DNA of 64,000 bases from Planctomycetaceae bacterium (GTDB taxonomy: Bacteria > Planctomycetota > Planctomycetia > Pirellulales > UBA1268). The DNA lies in the NCBI GenBank assembly GCA_011523305.1, contig WTHB01000152.1, positions 100,270 to 164,269 of the forward strand, in the 5' to 3' direction. The position numbers and the translations under genes are program-made. The notes under the pieces are model-generated. The model was not told where the DNA came from. It did no database searches and saw only the letters and a program-made list of their open reading frames with translations. Shown in pieces: positions 18,051 through 29,073 of this stretch (within the stretch, counting starts at the first letter, position 1; each line of letters opens with the position of its first letter).

Positions 18051-19092
18051 GTCACCCCGCGTGCTGCTACCGGAGGCCGATCTCTCGAGCCCCCTGTTTG
18101 TCGGTATCGACCTGGGGGGAACCAACATCAAGGCGGCCCTCCTCGATGACGCCGGTCGCATGATCGCCTTTCACACCGAGCCAACCGAGGTCGCCCGGGG
18201 CCCCGAAGATGCCGCTGCCCGCATGGGGCAATCGGTCGCCCGCCTTGCTGCTGCCGTCGGCCTGACCGCCGCGGACATCACCGCTGTCGGCCTCGGCACA
18301 CCTGGCCCGCAAGACCTCGCCAGCGGCATGATGCTGCGGCCCGGCAACTTCCCCGGCTGGGACCACTTCCCAGTGCGGGATCGCGTGGCCAGCCACTGCG
18401 GCCATCCGGTTGCCTATGCCAACGATGCCACGGCAGCAGCCTTCGGCGAATTCTGGGTCGGTTCCGGCAGCGCGGCCAGCAGCCTCGTCCTCCTGACCCT
18501 CGGCACCGGCATCGGTGCTGGCATCATCATTGATGATCTCACCATCACGGGGGCCCACAGCCATGGGGCGGAGTGTGGCCACATGATTGTCGATCCCTCC
18601 CCACAGGCCCGCCACTGCCCCTGTGGGCAGCCGGGACACCTTGAGGCCTATTGCAGCGCCACCGCTTTGAAAAAACGGGCCGCCGAACGCCTCGCCATTG
18701 GTGGCACCGGCAGCCTCGCAGATGCTGTCGCAGCCGGGGAACCCTTGACACCGATCCTGATCGGCCGTGAAGCCGCCGCCGGTGACCCGCTGGCCCATGA
18801 ACTGATCATGGAACTGGCCGACTGGCTGGCCATCGGCATTGTCACCCTGATGCACACGATCGACCCTGCCGTGGTTCTGCTCGGCGGAGCGATGACCTTT
18901 GGCCGTGACGACAGCCCGGTCGGCCGTGGCTTCCTTGCCCAGATTGATGCGGCTGTCCGGCGCCGGACCTTTCCGACGCTGGCCCGTGACACGGTGATTG
19001 GTTTTGCCACGCTCGGTGGTGATGCCGGTTCCATCGGTGCTGCCGGTCTGGGCCGGCTGGCCTGGAAGCACCGCACCGGTGCCGCCAGCTAA
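18037..19092 (+). CDS. ROK-family sugar kinase (glucokinase-like)
   Basis: The track start at 18019 is TTG; the ATG is at 18037. GIDLGGTNIKAAL is the ATP-binding motif, GTGIGAGII is present, and the Zn motif is HMIVDPSPQARHCPCGQPGHLEAYCS. Confidence 0.85.
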   Translation: MPTPESPRVLLPEADLSSPLFVGIDLGGTNIKAALLDDAGRMIAFHTEPTEVARGPEDAAARMGQSVARLAAAVGLTAADITAVGLGTPGPQDLASGMMLRPGNFPGWDHFPVRDRVASHCGHPVAYANDATAAAFGEFWVGSGSAASSLVLLTLGTGIGAGIIIDDLTITGAHSHGAECGHMIVDPSPQARHCPCGQPGHLEAYCSATALKKRAAERLAIGGTGSLADAVAAGEPLTPILIGREAAAGDPLAHELIMELADWLAIGIVTLMHTIDPAVVLLGGAMTFGRDDSPVGRGFLAQIDAAVRRRTFPTLARDTVIGFATLGGDAGSIGAAGLGRLAWKHRTGAAS

Positions 19093-19135
19093 GGCCTCCA
19101 CCAAACCACTCACTTCCCACCCGAAAGCCGCCCTC

Positions 19136-20947
19136 ATGTCGTTCGACTGTAAGCATATCCGCAACTTTTCCATCATCGCCCACATCGACCACGGCAAGAG
19201 CACGCTCGCGGACCGCCTGCTAGAAAACACTGGCACCGTCGACAAACGGCAGTTGAAAACGCAGATGCTCGACGACATGGAGTTGGAGCGGCAGCGGGGT
19301 ATCACGATCAAGGCCCGCGCAGTCCGCATGGAATATGAGCATCAGGGTGAACGGTATGAGCTCAATCTGATTGACACGCCGGGGCATGTCGACTTCCACT
19401 ACGAGGTCTCCCGCAGCCTCGCCTGCTGCGAAGGCGCCCTGCTGCTGGTCGATGCCTTCCAGGGTGTGGAGGCCCAGACGGTCGCCAATGCCTACGCCGC
19501 CATTAACGAAGATCTGGAGATCGTGCCGGTCATCAACAAGGTTGACCTCGTCCATGCCCGCGTCGATGAAGTCCTGCAAGAAATGGAGCAGAGCCTCGCG
19601 ATCGACCCTGACGAGGTGCTCCGGGTCAGCGCGAAGACTGGCCTCGGCATTGATGCGTTGCTGGCTGCCATCGTCGAACGGATTCCACCCCCGAAGGGTG
19701 ATCCCGAGGGGGTTCTCCAGGCGATGATTTTTGACAGTCACTACGACAGCTACCGCGGCGTGATCACCTATGTCCGGGTGATCGATGGCACGATTCGCAA
19801 AGGGCAAAAGATCCGGTTCCTCAAAACGGGCGTCAGCCACGAGGTGCTCGAACTGGGCCAGTTCGTACCGCAACGGCGATCCTGCGACAGCCTGGCTGCT
19901 GGCCAGGTCGGCTATCTCGTCTGCAACATCAAGGATGTGGAGCAGGTCCACATCGGGGACACCATTTCGATCCCGGGAGCCGACGCTGCCGCCCCACTGG
20001 ACGGCTACAAGGCGCCACAGCGGATGGTCTACTGCGGCCTCTATCCATCGGAAGGGGAAAACTTCGAAGAACTGCGGGAGTCTCTGGAGCGGCTGGCAAT
20101 CAATGATCCGTCGTTTGAGTTTCAACCCGAAAGCAGTGATGCCCTCGGCTTCGGCTTTCGCTGTGGCTTCCTCGGTCTGTTGCACATGGAGATCATCCAG
20201 CAACGACTTGAGCAGGAGGCTGACCTTGATCTGGTGCAGACGGCCCCCAACGTCACCTATCAGATTCTGCTCAAGAATGGTGAGACGCTGGAAATCACCA
20301 ATCCCCAGGACGTGCCCGACACCGGTCAGATTGAAGAGTTCCGGCAGCCGATCGTGCGGTGCAACTTCCTCGTGCCAGCCGAGTTCATCGGCCCGGTGAT
20401 GCAACTCTGTAGCGATCGGCGGGGAGTGTTCCTGAAAACAGAATATCTTTCCCCGACCCGGGCGATGCTCTCCTTTGACCTGCCACTGGGTGAAGTGATC
20501 TACGATCTGCACGACAGACTGAAGAGCGTGACCCGCGGCTATGGCACGCTCGACTATGAACTGCGGGGCTACTTCCCGGCCGATCTGGTCCGGCTCGACA
20601 TTCTCGTCGGCGGCAAGAAGGTCGACGCCCTGTCGATCATCTGTGACCGTCGCGACGCCGACCGGCGGGGCCGGGCCATCGTCAAGAAGCTGCGCAGTGA
20701 GATCGACCGCCACATGTTTGAGGTGGCCCTGCAGGCTGCGATCGGCACGAAGATCATCGCCCGCGAGACGATCTCAGCGCTCCGGAAGAACGTCACCGCC
20801 AAGTGTTACGGCGGCGACATCTCCCGGAAGAAGAAACTCTGGGCCAAGCAAAAGGAGGGGAAGAAGCGAATGAAGAGCATCGGTTCTGTCGACATTCCCC
20901 AGAAAGCCTTCATGGCCGTCCTCGACACCGGCGACGAGCGGAAGTAG
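19136..20947 (+). CDS. lepA: Translation elongation factor 4 (LepA)
   Basis: The track ORF is trimmed to the ATG at 19136. IRNFSIIAHIDHGKSTLADRLL, DTPGHVDF and NKVD are the GTPase G1-G4 motifs. The LepA-specific C-terminus is GGDISRKKKLWAKQKEGKKRMK. Confidence 0.95.
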   Translation: MSFDCKHIRNFSIIAHIDHGKSTLADRLLENTGTVDKRQLKTQMLDDMELERQRGITIKARAVRMEYEHQGERYELNLIDTPGHVDFHYEVSRSLACCEGALLLVDAFQGVEAQTVANAYAAINEDLEIVPVINKVDLVHARVDEVLQEMEQSLAIDPDEVLRVSAKTGLGIDALLAAIVERIPPPKGDPEGVLQAMIFDSHYDSYRGVITYVRVIDGTIRKGQKIRFLKTGVSHEVLELGQFVPQRRSCDSLAAGQVGYLVCNIKDVEQVHIGDTISIPGADAAAPLDGYKAPQRMVYCGLYPSEGENFEELRESLERLAINDPSFEFQPESSDALGFGFRCGFLGLLHMEIIQQRLEQEADLDLVQTAPNVTYQILLKNGETLEITNPQDVPDTGQIEEFRQPIVRCNFLVPAEFIGPVMQLCSDRRGVFLKTEYLSPTRAMLSFDLPLGEVIYDLHDRLKSVTRGYGTLDYELRGYFPADLVRLDILVGGKKVDALSIICDRRDADRRGRAIVKKLRSEIDRHMFEVALQAAIGTKIIARETISALRKNVTAKCYGGDISRKKKLWAKQKEGKKRMKSIGSVDIPQKAFMAVLDTGDERK

Positions 20948-20967
20948 CTCTTCCGGCGAGGTTCCAA

Positions 20968-21630
20968 TCAACCGACTCCGACGGCACGCCAGCCGACGGC
21001 GCGAGCGGCGGCGAGATCGAGCCGAGGATCATCGCCCACCAGCAGGAGTTCACGCGGCGATCGACCCAGCCGCGACTCGACCGTCCGAAAAAATTCCGCC
21101 GCTGGTTTCCGCCAGCCCAGCTCGCTTGACGCGAAGACATGGTCAATGCCAGCCAACGGTTCGAGGACGCGAGCCAAGGGCACAAGCCGCTCATCGAAAT
21201 TGCTGGCGACTGCCACCTCACAGCCGGCTGCCCGCGCCTGCTCGAGCAGCATCACCCCAGCGACAACCGGCTGCCAGGATGCGGGCTGCCCAAAGTGATC
21301 CCAAAGATCCTGAAAGATGGCCTCCGCCTCAGGCTTCTCATCAAACACCTCCTCCACAATCAGCCGCCAGCGGTCGTATTCCCGCCGCCGACTGGTGGCA
21401 AAGGCGGGCTGGCTCGCCGCATCAATAGCCTCCTGGCGGCCCCAGGCTGTCGCAAACCGCTGCCGAATGTCAGGTTCAGCCAGTTCCACGCCATGCCGCC
21501 GCCCTGCCTCGGCATAGGCCCGGGCCACTGAGGGGCTCGGCTCAATCAGCGTGCCCACCACATCAAAGACAACGGCCCGAACGCCCCGAAACAGGTCGGT
21601 CGTGCAGGGTTCACAGGTTGCAGTCGGCAT
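20968..21630 (-). CDS. HAD-superfamily hydrolase
   Basis: VVFDVVGTLIEP (motif I), VASNFD (motif II) and LLVGDDPRLD (motif IV). Confidence 0.8.
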   Translation of the reverse strand: MPTATCEPCTTDLFRGVRAVVFDVVGTLIEPSPSVARAYAEAGRRHGVELAEPDIRQRFATAWGRQEAIDAASQPAFATSRRREYDRWRLIVEEVFDEKPEAEAIFQDLWDHFGQPASWQPVVAGVMLLEQARAAGCEVAVASNFDERLVPLARVLEPLAGIDHVFASSELGWRKPAAEFFRTVESRLGRSPRELLLVGDDPRLDLAAARAVGWRAVGVG

Positions 21631-21710
21631 AGGCGGCTCCGGTGTAATGACCTTAGAAAGATCATAGGCCGGCCGCCGGCGTTGGGGATCAGCCCCCGTC
21701 GCCCCGGCGG

Positions 21711-23795
21711 TTACCGCCGGGCAATCAGCCCCAGATCGAGCCCGAAGACAAACAGCATGAGGGACAGCAACAGCACCAGCCCCACATAGGACAGAATGCC
21801 GACAACGTGCTCACTCGGCGGCTTGCCCCGGATCAGTTCGTAGAGCAGGAACACCATGTGGCCACCGTCAAGCACGGGAATCGGCAGAAAGTTGATCACC
21901 GCCAGGTTGGCACTGAGCATCGTCAAAAACAGCAGCAACCGCCCCAGCCCCTCTTCAGCTGACTTGCCTGCCTGCTTGGCAATTTCGATCGGCCCACCGA
22001 GCAGCCGTGGGCTGATCTGGTTGCTGGTGATCTTTTGGAGAAAGCGATAGACGACTGACAGATCTTCACCGGTCTTGGCGAGCCCCTGGGCAAGTGCCGC
22101 ACCCACCGAGCCCGCCTGAACAAGCCGGTAGACAGGCTGGAAGATCAGGCCTCGGTCAACCACAAACGAGTCCGTGGCAGCAACCGGCAGCAGTTCGACA
22201 TCGCGGGAAAGACCGTCGGCCGATGCCACGGTGAGGTGCAGCCTGGTGTTTGCCGGTGACTGCTGCAGCATTGCCATCACGAACGGCCAGTTGGGAGCGG
22301 CTTCGGAGAGTTCCACGCCGGGGTCGTCCTCGCGGCTCGGTTCATCCCCGGCGAGCGACTCACCCACCTTGAGAAATCGCGCTCGGGTCAAAGCCTCACC
22401 CACTTGGATACCCGCGAGCGCTGCGGGTGAGTCGGGGGCGATCGCCACCACCTGCGAGCCCACCGTGAAGGCCAGCCCGAGGCTCGAGACTGCCACCGGG
22501 CTCTGCGGCCAGCGGGACTCCTCAATCCAGCTCACCGGCCGCGGCGTTACTTCAATTGTTGCCGTCGCAGCTTCCGCTGTGGCCTCACCAGAGGCTGCCC
22601 CACGCCGCACACCGAGCAGCACGGGTTGACCGGTGCGGGCCCGAAGTCGGCTATCGAGCGTGAGCGGATTGCCCAGCGGTTCGCCAGCGACCGTCACGAT
22701 TCGGTCCCCCGGTTGTAGCCCTGCCTGCGCCGCCGGCGAATCAGCCTGCACGCTGGTGATTGCCCCAGCCGCCATGATCAGTCCGGTTTCCAGCCGTGGC
22801 TGCGCCGGCAGCGTGACCGTCGCCTCGCCCCCAGCCGCCCGCTGCACCGTCAGCTCAACTGCTGCATCCGCCTGCTCTGACAACGCCGCGATCAGATCGG
22901 CATACCGGGCCACCGGGGTGCCGGCGACCGCCGTGATGGTGTCGTTCGGTGCAAAGGCCGGTGTCGCCTGCCCGGCCGCACCAGGCAGACCCAGTTCCAA
23001 ATCTGCAGGCAGCGTCAGGGAAAAGGGGCTGGTCACGCCAACGGTGGGAATGCCCAGATCGGTATCGGGATGCAGCGTCAGCAGTTGCTCCTGCTGATCG
23101 GCCGGCCGCATGACCGTAAAGTCGATGCCCCGAGCGGGGTCGCCAAGAGTCACCCCCTTCTGCAAATCGGTAAAGACCGGGTCCGTCTTGTCACCAATGG
23201 CGACAATCTCATCGCCTGTCCGCAGGCCCGCCCGCCAGGCGGCCCCTCCGGGACGAACACTCGAGACTTCACAGGTGAGTTCCTCCACCCCTAGGCTGAA
23301 CGCCCAGGCGGCCAGCAGCACCGCAAAGATGACGTTCATGATCACACCGGCGGAAATGATCGCCATCCGCTCCGGCACACTCTGGGCCGGATAGCTGCGG
23401 GGATCCCAGGCCGGGTGCGGGTCAGCCGTCGGCTCCGGGGGCAGATCACCCGACTCAATTACCTCGCGGGCCCGCTGGGCTTCGCGGGCAGCCGCAGCCG
23501 GATTGTCATCCTGACCGAGCATCTTCACGTAGCCACCCAGCGGCAGAATGCCGATGCCGTACTCGGTCTCTCCCCACGTGAAATGGGCCAACTTCAGCCC
23601 CCCAATGTCAAAGCCGATGTAAAACTTCTCGCACTTCACCCCACAGGCTTTCGCCACCAGGAAGTGACCGAGTTCGTGCACAAAAATCACGAATCCCAGC
23701 CCGATCGCTACCTGCAGGATCACCAGCCAACTGGCCGGCTCAAGAATCCAGAGGCCCAGCAGGTCTGCGGCTGCCAAGGGTGCCGTCGCTCGCAT
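21711..23795 (-). CDS. rseP: RIP metalloprotease RseP (site-2 protease, M50) with multiple PDZ domains
   Basis: FVHELGHFLVAKACG (HExxH), several PDZ-like GLxxGDxI segments and the C-terminal NLAVINFLPIPVLDGGH motif. The ATG at 23795 makes an ATGA overlap with the dxr stop; an alternative GTG lies at 23807. Confidence 0.9.
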   Translation of the reverse strand: MRATAPLAAADLLGLWILEPASWLVILQVAIGLGFVIFVHELGHFLVAKACGVKCEKFYIGFDIGGLKLAHFTWGETEYGIGILPLGGYVKMLGQDDNPAAAAREAQRAREVIESGDLPPEPTADPHPAWDPRSYPAQSVPERMAIISAGVIMNVIFAVLLAAWAFSLGVEELTCEVSSVRPGGAAWRAGLRTGDEIVAIGDKTDPVFTDLQKGVTLGDPARGIDFTVMRPADQQEQLLTLHPDTDLGIPTVGVTSPFSLTLPADLELGLPGAAGQATPAFAPNDTITAVAGTPVARYADLIAALSEQADAAVELTVQRAAGGEATVTLPAQPRLETGLIMAAGAITSVQADSPAAQAGLQPGDRIVTVAGEPLGNPLTLDSRLRARTGQPVLLGVRRGAASGEATAEAATATIEVTPRPVSWIEESRWPQSPVAVSSLGLAFTVGSQVVAIAPDSPAALAGIQVGEALTRARFLKVGESLAGDEPSREDDPGVELSEAAPNWPFVMAMLQQSPANTRLHLTVASADGLSRDVELLPVAATDSFVVDRGLIFQPVYRLVQAGSVGAALAQGLAKTGEDLSVVYRFLQKITSNQISPRLLGGPIEIAKQAGKSAEEGLGRLLLFLTMLSANLAVINFLPIPVLDGGHMVFLLYELIRGKPPSEHVVGILSYVGLVLLLSLMLFVFGLDLGLIARR

Positions 23796-25039
23796 CAACA
23801 CATCCACGTTCTGACTTCCTTTCTGGCCCAGGCGTCAAGCCTGAGAATATCTTCCAAGGTTGGCTCCGGCTCGAACGGATGCTCCGTCACCGCCCGCTCA
23901 CAGAGCCTCGCAATCTGAGGAAACGGCAGGCGGCCAGCAAGAAACGCCTGAACAACTTCCTCGTTGGCTGCATTCAGCACCGCCCCTGACGTGCCCCCGC
24001 GGGCGGCAGCCTCGTGGCCCAGCCGAACCGCCGGAAACCGCTCAAGATCTGGTGGCTCAAACTCCAACTGATGCGTCGCCCCAAAGTCGAACCGCCGCGC
24101 CGGGCCGGCGTACCGCTCTGGATACGCAAGGGCATACTGAATCGGCAGCTTCATGTCGGGTGGGCCGAGCTGGGCAATCACCGAGCCGTCGACATACTCC
24201 ACCAAGGAATGCACGATCGACTGCGGGTGGACCACTACGTCAAGTTGCTCTGCCGGGAGGTCAAAGAGCCAGCGGGCCTCAATCAACTCTAAGGCCTTGT
24301 TCATCATCGTGGCCGAGTCGATGGTGATCTTTGGGCCCATCGACCAAGTCGGATGATTGAGCGCCTCGGCCGGGGTCACCGTTGCCAGGCGATCCTGGCT
24401 CCACGTTCGGAAGGGACCACCACTGGCCGTGAGGACCACCCGCTGCACTTCCTGCCGCTGGCCACTCCGCAGGGCCTGATGGATCGCCGAATGTTCGCTA
24501 TCGACCGGCAGGATACTGCCGCCGGTCTGGGCAGCCCGTTGCATCACCAGCGGTCCGGCCATCACCAGGGTTTCTTTGTTGGCCAGGGCGACGGTCTTCC
24601 CGGCCGCCACGGCGGCCCAGGTGCTCTGCAGCCCAGCTGCCCCAACGATTGCCGACACCACTCGATCAACCTCGGGAGCGGTCACTAGGTCAGCCAATCG
24701 GTCCGGACCGACCGCCAATTTTGTGCCCGCTGGCAACGCCCCGGCCCCGATCGTCGCTGCAGCAGCTGCATCTGTCACCACCAGCCAGCGGGGCCGATGG
24801 ATCCGAGCCTGTTCCAGCAGCGGTCCAACGCTCCGGTGACCGCAGAGCAGCCAGGCGGCGAAGCGGCCCGCCGAGGCTGCGATCACCTCCAGCGTGCTAC
24901 AGCCAATGCTGCCGGTCGATCCGAGCACGGCCACCTGCTGGGGACGAGTCTGCCCAACAGACCCGCCCACTCCGGCCGACGAGGCGACAGGTGCCGACCC
25001 CGAGGAGGCCGGTGCCGCGGTACGGTCGGATGCCATCAT
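23795..25039 (-). CDS. dxr: 1-deoxy-D-xylulose 5-phosphate reductoisomerase
   Basis: VAVLGSTGSIGCSTLEVI (NADPH site), LANKETLV, LPVDSEHSAI, NHPTWSMGPKITIDSATMMNKALE. Confidence 0.95.
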   Translation of the reverse strand: MMASDRTAAPASSGSAPVASSAGVGGSVGQTRPQQVAVLGSTGSIGCSTLEVIAASAGRFAAWLLCGHRSVGPLLEQARIHRPRWLVVTDAAAAATIGAGALPAGTKLAVGPDRLADLVTAPEVDRVVSAIVGAAGLQSTWAAVAAGKTVALANKETLVMAGPLVMQRAAQTGGSILPVDSEHSAIHQALRSGQRQEVQRVVLTASGGPFRTWSQDRLATVTPAEALNHPTWSMGPKITIDSATMMNKALELIEARWLFDLPAEQLDVVVHPQSIVHSLVEYVDGSVIAQLGPPDMKLPIQYALAYPERYAGPARRFDFGATHQLEFEPPDLERFPAVRLGHEAAARGGTSGAVLNAANEEVVQAFLAGRLPFPQIARLCERAVTEHPFEPEPTLEDILRLDAWARKEVRTWMC

Positions 25040-25214
25040 GAAGACGTCGATCGGGGTGGGAGGGGACCCAGCGGGCTACCTGCCTGCAGAACTTCCCGAA
25101 TAGTTTACGCGGCACGGCGATCGGACGCTATCTGAGCCGTTTGTCGCAGCCCTCTCCGCTGCCTACGATGGGAAGATAGGAACCTTTTGGAACTCACCCC
25201 GTAGCGACCCCTCC

Positions 25215-27368
<2,154 letters not shown>

Positions 27369-27514
27369 TACGACCGACACAATCGCTTTGTTTCGCCCGG
27401 TCGGCAGGCCTGCTTGAGCCAGTGGCCGGCCCCTGCCGATCTCTCCCAAGGAAGCCGGAGAAGCGGTTCAGTCCAGAGCCCCATCAGCCCCCTGTGAGGA
27501 TGTCAGGAAGCACC

Positions 27515-27727
27515 ATGTTGAAGAGTCTTTTTCTGGCGGTTGGAATTTTTGCCGTAGTCGTCGGCATTGAACTGCTCTTTATCGACTCCGCTGTGGTCGT
27601 CCCACTGGCCGGCGGTGGTGGACGTACCATGGCAGCACCCGAATGGGCACCCTGGCTGCTGATTTCTGTCGGCGCCATCACGGTCCTCAACCTCTGCACC
27701 TTGCCCCGCGGGCTGATCAAAGAATGA
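27515..27727 (+). CDS. Small two-TM membrane protein, hypothetical (paralog of 5035..5298)
   Basis: An internal ATG at 27515 is preceded by AGGAAG. MLKSLFLAVGIFAVVVGIELLFIDSA...WLLISVGAITVLNL resembles the 5035 ORF in both helices. An alternative ATG lies at 27500. Confidence 0.45.
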   Translation: MLKSLFLAVGIFAVVVGIELLFIDSAVVVPLAGGGGRTMAAPEWAPWLLISVGAITVLNLCTLPRGLIKE

Positions 27728-27786
27728 TCGCGGGGAAGGAACCCGAGGCTCCCTGATCGTCAGCCCGCTCCTCTGGCTGACCTGCC

Positions 27787-28185
27787 ATGATCACCACTTC
27801 CACCCGTCCGACGCACGACACCGTTTTATTCGACGGACAGTGTCGGTTCTGCCAAGGCCAGGTGGCCCTGCTGCGTCGGCTCGACCTTGGCAGGCGACTG
27901 CATTTCCTTTCCCTGCATGACCCCCGGGTGGCAGCAGATTTCCCCGAGATTCCTCCGGGACAACTCCAGCAGCAGATGTTCGTCGTGGATCGCCGGGGCT
28001 CGGCCCGCGGCGGCGCCGTAGCGGTTCGCTACCTGTCCCGGCGGCTTCCGCTGTTGTGGCCGCTCGCCCTGCTCCTCCACATCCCTGGCTCCCTTCCGCT
28101 CTGGCAGGCGGCCTACGCTTTTGTGGCCAAACGCCGGCTGCTGCTGGCCGGCCGTTGCGATGACGACAGTTGTGCGCTCCCGTAG
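27787..28185 (+). CDS. DCC-family thiol-disulfide oxidoreductase (DUF393)
   Basis: VLFDGQCRFCQGQVALLRRLD carries the family CxxC motif at the expected N-terminal position. Confidence 0.8.
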   Translation: MITTSTRPTHDTVLFDGQCRFCQGQVALLRRLDLGRRLHFLSLHDPRVAADFPEIPPGQLQQQMFVVDRRGSARGGAVAVRYLSRRLPLLWPLALLLHIPGSLPLWQAAYAFVAKRRLLLAGRCDDDSCALP

Positions 28186-28237
28186 CACGACCTGGCACCA
28201 ACCTGCCTGCAGGTCACTAGTCACACTGGATGACCAC

Positions 28238-28999
28238 TCACTCGTCAGTCAGCCCAAAAAACATCAGGTGCTGCCAGGGCAACTGGTCAAAGTCACGCTG
28301 GAGGGTAAACCCGTTCGGCTCGAGTTCCCGCCTGACCTGGGCCTTCGTCATTTTGTGCAACGGCTTGATCGGCACCGCTAGGTCCTCACCGCGAAACTCA
28401 GCCAGCACAATCTGGCCTGTCGGTCGGAGGCTTTTCCGGATCCGGGTGAGCATCTGCTCTGGATGGGAAAACTCGTGATAGACATCGACGCAGAAGACCA
28501 GATCGACCTCGCCGACCGGCAGCCTGGGATCAATTACCGTGCCGAGCACCGGTCGAATGTTGAAGAGCTTGGCCTGCCGAGCGCGGGCAACCAGCAGCCG
28601 CAGCATCTCGGGCTGAATGTCGACGGCATACACCGTCCCCTCGGGGCCAACCTGGCGGGCTAACTCCAGAGTGTAAAACCCGTTGCCACAGCCCAAGTCA
28701 CAGACTGTCTGCCCCGGCTTGAGAGCAAGGGCCTCCAGCAGCATCCGGCAGTCTTCCTCCCGCTGACGGCTCTCACGGACGAGCCACGGCGCCCCGGTGT
28801 AGTGCATCGTCTGGGCGATCGCACGGCCCATGTAGTGCGTTTGTGGCGGTGGAATCTCGGCACTGCGATCGATCTTCAGGTCAATCACCAGCGGCCGTAC
28901 TGGCCGCTCGGCCGTCGGCTCCGCAGCGGCCGCGGCCCCGACCGAAAGACCGAACCAGGCGGTCAGGGCCGCTCGCAGAGGCATCGTCATTCTGCTCAT
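28238..28999 (-). CDS. Class I SAM-dependent methyltransferase with N-terminal signal peptide
   Basis: MPLRAALTAWFGLSVGAAAAAEP is signal-like. VCDLGCGNGFYTLELA is motif I, AVDIQPEM is present, and VFCVDVYHEF follows. Confidence 0.8.
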   Translation of the reverse strand: MSRMTMPLRAALTAWFGLSVGAAAAAEPTAERPVRPLVIDLKIDRSAEIPPPQTHYMGRAIAQTMHYTGAPWLVRESRQREEDCRMLLEALALKPGQTVCDLGCGNGFYTLELARQVGPEGTVYAVDIQPEMLRLLVARARQAKLFNIRPVLGTVIDPRLPVGEVDLVFCVDVYHEFSHPEQMLTRIRKSLRPTGQIVLAEFRGEDLAVPIKPLHKMTKAQVRRELEPNGFTLQRDFDQLPWQHLMFFGLTDE

Positions 29000-29073
29000 C
29001 GTGAACCTCTCCTGAAAGACACCGTTGCATCACAGACCACGCCGACACCCTCACCCCTCATCCACGCCGGTGC

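Noticed and set aside
18067-20713. Two long minus-strand ORFs (420 aa and 497 aa) antisense to the ROK kinase and lepA
   Set aside because: The sense strands carry complete, motif-rich ROK and LepA proteins. The antisense translations are low-complexity Gly/Arg/Ala-rich. High GC suppresses stop codons on the antisense strand.
21670-21725. GC-rich hairpin (CCCGGCGG-TTAC-CCGCCGGG) spanning the rseP stop, considered as a terminator or a relative of the repeat element
   Set aside because: There is no U-tract and no sequence similarity to the element beyond GC richness. The next gene, which follows within 80 nt on the same strand, is probably co-transcribed.
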